Positions 6,368 to 13,790 of a stretch of 13,790 nt of DNA are shown piece after piece; position 1 is the first letter of the stretch; every line of letters starts with the position of its first letter. The stretch spans positions 1 to 13,790 of the forward strand of contig JBNJFB010000056.1 in the NCBI GenBank assembly GCA_051746405.1. The letters run 5' to 3'. Both the position numbers and the translations under genes were made by a program. The notes below the pieces were generated by a model, which saw nothing but the letters and a program-made list of their open reading frames with translations, did no database searches and had not been told where the DNA came from. The stretch comes from Campylobacterota bacterium. GTDB lineage: Bacteria; Campylobacterota; Campylobacteria; Campylobacterales; Arcobacteraceae.

Positions 6368-6928
6368 ATGAGAATATTATTATTTAGCTTTATAACACTT
6401 TTTATTTTTTCAGGTTGTATTCCTATTAAATATAAAAACTCCTTTGACTCTTTAGGTTTAAATACCCAAAAAGAGATTTTAACTTCTGGACTTTGTACAA
6501 GGAACTCATATATAAAAAATATAAATGATAGTAAATATAAAAAACTATTTATTGAATATATTCATTTAAATAACTCATGTACTTGGAATGGACTTCCAAG
6601 AGGCTATTTTGTTTATCAGTTTAAGAAACATTTTAATATCACAAGTATGAAAAAGATAGAAAGATTTGACTATGAAAACTATGAGTTTACAACTTATTTA
6701 ATTGATAATAAATATTATATTGATTTAATATATAAGTTTAATTTTAAACAGGATTTATTTATTTTAGATTATGAAGGCCTATATTTTGAAGAGTTGATAC
6801 AAAAATATGATAAGTCATATATAAATAAAAATCTAAATAAATCAAGATTTGATAAAGACTATTTTAAAAGTTTAGTAAAAATGGATATAGTAGAAAACTA
6901 TTTTGAGAAAATATACCTAAAAGATTAG
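6368..6928 (+). CDS. Hypothetical lipoprotein
   Basis: MRILLFSFITLFIFSGC signal with lipobox FSGC. SD AAAGGA 6 nt before ATG 6368 favours this start over 6353. Confidence 0.75.
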   Translation: MRILLFSFITLFIFSGCIPIKYKNSFDSLGLNTQKEILTSGLCTRNSYIKNINDSKYKKLFIEYIHLNNSCTWNGLPRGYFVYQFKKHFNITSMKKIERFDYENYEFTTYLIDNKYYIDLIYKFNFKQDLFILDYEGLYFEELIQKYDKSYINKNLNKSRFDKDYFKSLVKMDIVENYFEKIYLKD

Positions 6929-6951
6929 GTTTATAAAAAGGGAAATTAAAT

Positions 6952-8202
6952 ATGATTGATGGATTAGATGATAGAACTATTTTAGAAGGTATTTTTCGTA
7001 ATAGCTACAATTCTATTATCATAACTGATGCAAATCTTGAATTACCAGGACCTAAAATAGTTTATGTAAATAAATCATTTACAAAAAATACAGGCTATTC
7101 TTTAGATGAAATATACGGTAAAACTCCTAGAATACTTCAAGGTGAAAGAACTGATCGGAAAATTTTAGATGAATTGAAACAAAAATGTAAAAATGGTGAA
7201 GATTTTGCTGGTAGTAGTATTAACTATACTAAAAGTGGACGACCTTATTATGTTCAATGGAATGTATCTCCTATTAAAAGTTCTCAAGGAAAAATAACAC
7301 ATTATCTTTCAATTCAAAGAAATATTACAAACGAAATAGAGACGATTGATACACTTCAAAAGATTATTGATCAACAAAAGAATATTATAATAATTACAGA
7401 TGGTTTTAACTTGATTTATGCCAACCAGTCATTTAAAAACTTTTTTGCAGTTGAGAGCTTAGAAGAGTTTTTAACTCAAGATGATTGTATCTGTTCTAGG
7501 TTTAGTAAAATTGAAGGTTTTTATTACCAACAAACAGAAGATGAAAACTGGATAGAAGCATTACAAAATCTCTCAAGTGAAAAAAGAATAGTTAGTATGC
7601 AAGACCAAAACTCTATTCCTCACGGCTTTTTTGTGGGTATTGATGATTTTGGTGACAACAAAGATATTATAACTTTTACAGATATTACTAAAAGTATTGG
7701 TGAAAAGTTAACACTGGAGCATAAAGCGTATCATGATAATTTAACTGGAGCTTTTAATAGAGAGTTTATTTATGATAATTTTTTAGATTACCAAAAAGAT
7801 GCTTTAAAAAATATGTTTAATATTGGTATAATTATGTTTGATATAGATCATTTTAAACATGTAAATGATACTTATGGGCATAATGTTGGAGATAAAGTGA
7901 TACAAAAAATAGTTTATATCACAAATGAAACAATTAGAAGTAGTGATTATATTATAAGGTGGGGTGGAGAAGAGTTTATAGTGCTTGCTCAAGTAAAGGT
8001 TATAGAACAAATTGAAACTGTAGCAGAGCATATTCGAGTTGCCATAGAAAATGATTCGTTTGAACCTGTCCCTAAAATTACCGCTAGTTTTGGAATTACT
8101 TTAAGTAAACAAGAAGAGAGTTTTGAAACACTTGTGAAAAAAGCAGATGATGCACTTTATAAAGCAAAAAATGAGGGACGAAATAGAGTGCTAAGAGCAT
8201 AA
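6952..8202 (+). CDS. Cytoplasmic PAS-domain diguanylate cyclase (PAS/PAC, PAS-like, GGDEF)
   Basis: PAS (IVYVNKSFTKNTGYS, SIQRNIT), second PAS-like segment (LIYANQSF...TFTDIT), DNLTGAFNR, DIDHFKHVNDTYGHNVGD, RSSD I-site, RWGGEEF, ADDALYKAK-GRN. Confidence 0.95.
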   Translation: MIDGLDDRTILEGIFRNSYNSIIITDANLELPGPKIVYVNKSFTKNTGYSLDEIYGKTPRILQGERTDRKILDELKQKCKNGEDFAGSSINYTKSGRPYYVQWNVSPIKSSQGKITHYLSIQRNITNEIETIDTLQKIIDQQKNIIIITDGFNLIYANQSFKNFFAVESLEEFLTQDDCICSRFSKIEGFYYQQTEDENWIEALQNLSSEKRIVSMQDQNSIPHGFFVGIDDFGDNKDIITFTDITKSIGEKLTLEHKAYHDNLTGAFNREFIYDNFLDYQKDALKNMFNIGIIMFDIDHFKHVNDTYGHNVGDKVIQKIVYITNETIRSSDYIIRWGGEEFIVLAQVKVIEQIETVAEHIRVAIENDSFEPVPKITASFGITLSKQEESFETLVKKADDALYKAKNEGRNRVLRA

Positions 8203-8227
8203 AGAAAAATTTATAATAGGAATAAAA

Positions 8228-9031
8228 ATGAAAAAAACTATAATAATTACATCACTTATACTAAGTTCAAGTCTATCTTTTGCATTTGATTTAAATACTT
8301 TGACAAAAGATGTATTAAATACAGCTACAAAAAGTGAACAAAAAAGTACAAAAGATCAAAACTCACTTAAAAGTTCAACAGTTTCAAGTGGATTAAAAGA
8401 AGCCTTAAAAAAAGGTGTAAGTTATGCAGTATCAACATTAGGAAAAGAGAATGGCTACTTAAATAATAGTAATGTAAAAATCCCTTTACCTGAAAATTTA
8501 GCAAAAGTAGAAACACTTATAAGAAAAGCAGGTGGCAATAAAATTGTTGATAATTTAATATACTCAATGAATAAAGCAGCAACAAAAGCAGCCCCTAAGA
8601 CAGCTGATATTTTTATAAAAAGTATTGAAAATATGTCAATAGAAGATGCAAAAAAAATACTTGCAGGTAATAATGAAGCTGCAACAAAATATTTTAAATC
8701 AAATACTTCTGATTCTTTAAGAAATATGATTAAGCCTATTATTCAAGAAACAATGAAAGATAATCAAGTAGCAACATACTATAATATGGCAAATAACTTT
8801 TATAAAACAAATGTAAAATCAATGGTAGATGAAAGCTCTGTTATGGCAGCAGCTAAAAACTTTGGAATTGATTCATATCTTCCAGGAAGTAGCAATAAAA
8901 ACTTAGATGAGTATGTAACTAATAAAGCAATTGATGGTTTATTTAAAATGATTGCACAAAAAGAAGCACAAATTAGAACTAATCCAGTTGCACAAACTAC
9001 ATCAATTTTACAAAAAGTATTTGGAAACTAA
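8228..9031 (+). CDS. DUF4197 domain-containing exported protein
   Basis: Signal peptide; SGLKEAL, GYLNN-VKIPLP, MNKAATKA, DEYVT-KAIDGLF-MIA-KE-IR-NP, LQKVFG. Confidence 0.9.
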   Translation: MKKTIIITSLILSSSLSFAFDLNTLTKDVLNTATKSEQKSTKDQNSLKSSTVSSGLKEALKKGVSYAVSTLGKENGYLNNSNVKIPLPENLAKVETLIRKAGGNKIVDNLIYSMNKAATKAAPKTADIFIKSIENMSIEDAKKILAGNNEAATKYFKSNTSDSLRNMIKPIIQETMKDNQVATYYNMANNFYKTNVKSMVDESSVMAAAKNFGIDSYLPGSSNKNLDEYVTNKAIDGLFKMIAQKEAQIRTNPVAQTTSILQKVFGN

Positions 9032-9061
9032 AAGTTTAGAATGAATAAAGATGAGCTTTAA

Positions 9062-10201
9062 GTGAAAAAATTAGATCTATTTATAGTCATATATTGTATA
9101 GTTATTGTACTATCGGTTATGTACGCAACCCAGCCACTTCAGCCTTTACTTGCAAAGGAGTTTGATGTATCTGTGGTAAAGGCATCTTGGTTTACGGCAA
9201 TTATAATGCTATTTCTTGCTATTTCACCTATTGTTTATGGTTATATATTAGAGAAAGTTTGTGCAAAGAAGATGTTGATGTACTCTTTGTCTATTTTACT
9301 TATAACAAACATCTTTTTAGGTTTAAGTAGAGACTATGAGATGTTTTTGTTTTTTAGGTTTTGTGAAGCTTTAGTTATACCTGCTATTTTAACAGCACTT
9401 ATGAGTATTTTAGCAAATATTGACAAAACAAATATCAAATATAATATGGCTATATATGTAGCAGCAACAGTATTTGGAGGAATGTTAGGAAGAGTTTTTT
9501 CAGGTGCAATTGCTACTAGTTTTTCTTATGAGTATGTTTTTTACTCTTTGTCATTAGCAATTTTTATTTCACTATTTTTTATTAAAAAATTAAAATATGA
9601 GGGGGAAACAAGTTTATCTAAACCAAAGATAAGTGATATTACAAATATATTAAAAGACAAAAGATTTTTGATTGTATATCTACTTATGTTTTGTGTATTT
9701 TTTGTTTTTGCAGGTATTTTAAATGTACTTCCTTTTAGAGTAAAAGATATAAGCAGTTCAATAAATGAGTTTCAAATTAGTCTTTTATATTTAGGGTATG
9801 GGATGGGTATTTTAGTTTCACTTTTTTCAAAAAAGATAGTTAAAGTCTTTAAAAATGAATTAAATACAATTCTAGTAGGTTTGAGTATATTTATAATAGT
9901 AAACTTTTTTCTTATGAGTCAAAATGTGGCTTTTTTATTTATTATATTGTTTATTTTTTGTATTGGTATGTTTACAGTTCATACTATGAGTACAGGCTTA
10001 GCCAACTCTATGAAAAGTGAGCAAAAATCACTCACATCAGGGATGTATCTTACTTTTTACTATTTTGGTGGTGCGATGGGTTCTTTTTTACCATCTATAA
10101 TATATGAGCATTTTGGGTGGAGTATTATGGTTTATATATTTATCTCTATTTTAACTATAATGTATATCTTTGTATATAAAAACAGAAAACTATTTCAATA
10201 G
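9062..10201 (+). CDS. MFS transporter (YnfM-like)
   Basis: About twelve hydrophobic segments; MYATQPLQP, YVAATVFGGMLGR, GMYLTFYYFGG typical of the YnfM-like subfamily. GTG start. Confidence 0.88.
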   Translation: MKKLDLFIVIYCIVIVLSVMYATQPLQPLLAKEFDVSVVKASWFTAIIMLFLAISPIVYGYILEKVCAKKMLMYSLSILLITNIFLGLSRDYEMFLFFRFCEALVIPAILTALMSILANIDKTNIKYNMAIYVAATVFGGMLGRVFSGAIATSFSYEYVFYSLSLAIFISLFFIKKLKYEGETSLSKPKISDITNILKDKRFLIVYLLMFCVFFVFAGILNVLPFRVKDISSSINEFQISLLYLGYGMGILVSLFSKKIVKVFKNELNTILVGLSIFIIVNFFLMSQNVAFLFIILFIFCIGMFTVHTMSTGLANSMKSEQKSLTSGMYLTFYYFGGAMGSFLPSIIYEHFGWSIMVYIFISILTIMYIFVYKNRKLFQ

Positions 10202-10218
10202 ATTTAGACTTAAGAGGA

Positions 10219-10698
10219 TTAAAACCCTCTTAATGTAACTCCAAAGTAAATTGCAATAACTCCTAATACAATATTTATAGGAATAAAATATTGTGCTATT
10301 GGAAGTAGGTGTCTCTTTGCTGTTGGTAAATCACCACTATTAAAAGCTTTTGATGCTTTGTTTCTTTTTATGTAAATAGTAATAAATATTATAGTCATAA
10401 CTGTCCATATAATCTCTTTTATGATAACAATAATATATAAATCAGTACCTTTAAACCCTAAAGCTACAATCATAATAATTGCAGTAAGCAGAAGTATTAA
10501 TATAGCAGGTATTACCATATTAAAAAATCTTCTTAATGTCTCTAAGGTTCTACCTAGTTTTATTTTAGGGTCATTAACCTCTTGCATTGAGTAGTGAACT
10601 GCAAATCTTATTGCTAACATTCCTCCTACCCAAACAACAGCACTAATCACATGTAAGAAAACTATTAATGTTGAGTAGTTTTCAAATAGCATAGTCAT
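10219..10698 (-). CDS. Small membrane protein, CopD-like
   Basis: 159 aa with four hydrophobic segments and LHVISAVVWVGG. The SD GGAG directly abuts the alaS stop codon. Confidence 0.6.
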   Translation of the reverse strand: MTMLFENYSTLIVFLHVISAVVWVGGMLAIRFAVHYSMQEVNDPKIKLGRTLETLRRFFNMVIPAILILLLTAIIMIVALGFKGTDLYIIVIIKEIIWTVMTIIFITIYIKRNKASKAFNSGDLPTAKRHLLPIAQYFIPINIVLGVIAIYFGVTLRGF

Positions 10699-10707
10699 AA
10701 TAAACTC

Positions 10708-13263
10708 CTATATATTCTCTTTTGCATACTCTAAAGAACCTTTTTTTGCATCTTGTATTTTTGATACATCCTTACCGCCTGCTTGAGCGAAGTCAGGTCT
10801 TCCACCTCCGCCTCCACCAACAATAGGAGCAATATTTTTAATCCAATCACCAGCTTTGATATTTGTATTTTTGCTACCTGCTACAATCATTACTTTTTCA
10901 CCCTTTGGTTGAAGTAGCATAATTGCTAATTTTTCATTTGCATTTTTCATATCATCAACAATTTTTTTAATATCACCTGTTTTTACAACATCAACTACAA
11001 CTTTTGTATCACCAATTGTCTGTTCATCTATTGGTGCTTGGCTTTGGCTTTGAGCTTCTTGCAGCTCTTTTTTAAGATTTTTAATTTGATCTTTTAGTTT
11101 TTTTATACCTGTAATAACATCATTGTTTTTAACTTCTGTTTGAACCTCTTCAAACTTTTTCATAAAAGATTTAGCATAAGAAATAGCTGCATTTCCACAA
11201 ACTGCTTCAATTCTTCTAACTCCTGCACTTACACCTGATTCTTTTACAATATAAAATGAACCAATATCTCCACTATTTTTTACGTGAGTTCCACCACAAA
11301 ACTCAACTGAAAAGTCCTCAAAGCTAATAACTCTTACTGTATCACCATACTTTTCACCAAACATAGCAATAGCACCTTTTTGCTTAGCCTCTTTTATTGG
11401 TAACTCTTCTATTTTACCTTTTAATCTTCTTGAAATCATAGAGTTTACTAAATCTTCAACTTCATCAATTTGCTCTTTACTCATAGCTTTAGGATATGTA
11501 AAGTCAAATCTTAATCTTGAGTCATTATTATATGAACCAGCTTGAGTTACTGTATCTCCTAATACAATTTTTAATGCACTTTGTAAAAGGTGAGTAGCAC
11601 TGTGGTGCTTTGCAACTTCATATCTATTTACAACAACTGCTTCAACTTTTTCATTAATATTAATATCAGAGTTTTCAACTCTTACTTTTGATAGGTTTAG
11701 TCCATGGAATTTTTCTGTTTGTTCTATTATTGCAATGTGTTCATTGTCTTCAAGTGCACCTATATCGCCATTTTGTCCACCTGATGTTGCATAAAAAGGG
11801 GTTTTATCTAACATAACCCAACCGTACTGACCTTTTTTTAAGGTTTCTACTTCTTTGTACTCATCATCTAAAAGTGCTACAATTTTACTTTTGTAGTTTG
11901 TATGTTCATATCCTACAAACTCATTTTTTCCATATTTTTCTAAAAGTAGTTTAAAATCACCTTGTGTAGCTAAATCACCACTACCTTTCCAGTTTGCCTT
12001 TGCTTTAGCTTTTTGTTTGGCCATAAGCTCATCAAACTTTTGACTATCTACTTTTAGTCCTTTGTCTCTTAACATATCTTGAGTTAAATCTAAAGGGAAA
12101 CCTTTTTCATCATAAAGTTTAAATGCAACTTCTCCTGAAAATACATCTTTAGTGTTTTTTAGCTCTTCTTCAAAAAGAGTCATTCCTGAATCAATTGTTT
12201 TAAAAAATCTAGCCTCTTCTAATGTTAGTTGCTCTTTTATATACTCTTTTTGATCTACTAAATCAGTATAATGTTCACCCATAATCTCACAAAGGGTATC
12301 AAAAAGCTTAGCCATAAATGGCTCTCTTAATCCTAATAAATATCCATGTCTAACTGCTCTTCTTAAAATCCTTCTATTTACATAAGGTCTTCCCTCATTT
12401 CCAAATAAAATACCTTGAGATAGCATAAAGCAAGTAGCTCTTAAGTGATCGGCAATAACTCTATAAGAACCAATATTTTCATTGGTTGCTTTTTTATTAA
12501 CAATCTTTTCAAGTTTTTTAATTATTGGTTGAAAACTTGATGTATCAAAGTTATTATAAACACTCTCTTTAATAGCAATAACTCTCTCAAGTCCCATACC
12601 TGTATCAATTGATGGTTTAGGTAAAGGGTTTAAATCTCCTTTTTCATCTCTTTCATACTGCATAAAAACCAGATTCCAAATCTCTAAAAATCTATCACCC
12701 TCACCACCTAAGTAGTCCTCATCACTATTAAAATGTTTTTCACCTTGATCATAAAAGATTTCACTACAAGGACCACAAGCTCCTGTTTCACCCATAGACC
12801 AAAAGTTGTCCTTATCGCCAAATCTTTTAATTCTTGAAGCATCTATATGCTGTTTCCATAGCTCAAATGCTTCATCATCACTTTCGTGAATTGTAACCCA
12901 TAGTTTATCAATAGGAAGTGCAAGATTTACGGTAATAAACTCCCATGCATAAGCAATAGCATCTTTCTTGAAGTAATCACCAAATGAAAAGTTACCAAGC
13001 ATTTCAAACAGTGTGTGATGTCTCGCAGTGTAGCCAACGTTTTCTAAGTCATTGTGTTTACCACCTGCTCTTATACATAGCTGACAAGATGTGGCTTTTG
13101 GGTTTGCAGGGGTTGGAACTGCACCTGTAAAAATATCTTTAAACTGTACCATCCCAGCGTTTGTAAACATAAGTGTTGGGTCATCTGGTATTAAAGGCAT
13201 TGAAGATACAACTTCATGCCCTTTGCTTTCAAAAAAATCTAAATACTCTTTTCTAATATCCAT
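10708..13263 (-). CDS. alaS: Alanine--tRNA ligase
   Basis: [52 protein letters not shown], editing motifs HHSATH and CGGTH, C-terminal [14 protein letters not shown]. Second Met (MDIRKEY, 13263) is the likelier start; 13275 is the alternative. Confidence 0.99.
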   Translation of the reverse strand: MDIRKEYLDFFESKGHEVVSSMPLIPDDPTLMFTNAGMVQFKDIFTGAVPTPANPKATSCQLCIRAGGKHNDLENVGYTARHHTLFEMLGNFSFGDYFKKDAIAYAWEFITVNLALPIDKLWVTIHESDDEAFELWKQHIDASRIKRFGDKDNFWSMGETGACGPCSEIFYDQGEKHFNSDEDYLGGEGDRFLEIWNLVFMQYERDEKGDLNPLPKPSIDTGMGLERVIAIKESVYNNFDTSSFQPIIKKLEKIVNKKATNENIGSYRVIADHLRATCFMLSQGILFGNEGRPYVNRRILRRAVRHGYLLGLREPFMAKLFDTLCEIMGEHYTDLVDQKEYIKEQLTLEEARFFKTIDSGMTLFEEELKNTKDVFSGEVAFKLYDEKGFPLDLTQDMLRDKGLKVDSQKFDELMAKQKAKAKANWKGSGDLATQGDFKLLLEKYGKNEFVGYEHTNYKSKIVALLDDEYKEVETLKKGQYGWVMLDKTPFYATSGGQNGDIGALEDNEHIAIIEQTEKFHGLNLSKVRVENSDININEKVEAVVVNRYEVAKHHSATHLLQSALKIVLGDTVTQAGSYNNDSRLRFDFTYPKAMSKEQIDEVEDLVNSMISRRLKGKIEELPIKEAKQKGAIAMFGEKYGDTVRVISFEDFSVEFCGGTHVKNSGDIGSFYIVKESGVSAGVRRIEAVCGNAAISYAKSFMKKFEEVQTEVKNNDVITGIKKLKDQIKNLKKELQEAQSQSQAPIDEQTIGDTKVVVDVVKTGDIKKIVDDMKNANEKLAIMLLQPKGEKVMIVAGSKNTNIKAGDWIKNIAPIVGGGGGGRPDFAQAGGKDVSKIQDAKKGSLEYAKENI

Positions 13264-13446
13264 TAAACTATCCATTTTTTAAATTAAAATCTTAGATATT
13301 TTAACTAAAAATAGATTTAGAGAAGATTAGTGTAAAAAGGATTTATACATAAAACTAATTTTAAGTTTATATAGGTTAAACTTATATAGTTTAATTTATA
13401 TTATTTTAATAAAGAGAACTAAAATCTAATAATTAAGGAAATAAAA

Positions 13447-13764
13447 ATGGGTAAATATACTGAATTGACTCCTTCAAATTTTGAAGAGGTTACAAATAGT
13501 GGTGTTTCACTAGTAGACTTCTGGGCTCCATGGTGTGGACCTTGTAGAATGATAGCTCCAGTGATTGAAGAGTTAGCTGAAGAGTTTGATGGAAAAGCAA
13601 ACATTTGTAAAGTAAATACAGATGAAGAGCAAGACTTAGCTGTAAAATATGGAATTAGATCAATTCCAACTATTATTTTTATGAAAGATGGTGAAGTTGT
13701 TGATCAAATGGTTGGTGCTTCGTCAAAACAAGCTTTAGCAGATAAGATTAACTCATACTTATAA
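13447..13764 (+). CDS. trxA: Thioredoxin
   Basis: DFWAPWCGPC active site, GIRSIPT, 105 aa, SD AAGGA upstream. Confidence 0.99.
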   Translation: MGKYTELTPSNFEEVTNSGVSLVDFWAPWCGPCRMIAPVIEELAEEFDGKANICKVNTDEEQDLAVKYGIRSIPTIIFMKDGEVVDQMVGASSKQALADKINSYL

Positions 13765-13790
13765 TATTTAAATAGATACTAACAATTATA

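Noticed and set aside
7804..8031. 75-aa minus-strand ORF
   Set aside because: Antisense to the GGDEF domain, no protein-like features.
13091..13282. 63-aa plus-strand ORF
   Set aside because: Antisense shadow of the alaS 5' end.
13419..13604. 61-aa minus-strand ORF
   Set aside because: Antisense shadow of trxA.
1..13790. CRISPR array, tRNA/rRNA, IS element, prophage or defence genes
   Set aside because: No repeat-spacer periodicity, RNA gene signatures, transposase, integrase, reverse transcriptase or nuclease ORFs were seen.

Overview
AT-rich window that looks like Arcobacteraceae (Campylobacterota), judged from the protein families and the alaS/trxA arrangement. The left end is the tail of an aromatic meta-cleavage operon: the 3' end of a 4-oxalocrotonate tautomerase (missed by the ORF track), a luciferase-like monooxygenase and a CumD/TodF/DmpD-type hydrolase. 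It is followed by an OprD/MOMP-like porin, two membrane transporters, an NlpC/P60 lipoprotein, a divergent run (lipoprotein, PAS-GGDEF, DUF4197, MFS), a CopD-like membrane protein, alaS and trxA. The most interesting signals are non-coding. Region 1939-2154 has a direct-repeat promoter, a pseudoknot-forming RNA with an anti-SD motif, and a terminator; the same promoter architecture is repeated in front of the porin. Region 5682-5795 holds a second candidate sRNA whose hairpin loop is antisense to an SD+AUG region. Both RNAs are inferred from sequence pattern only.
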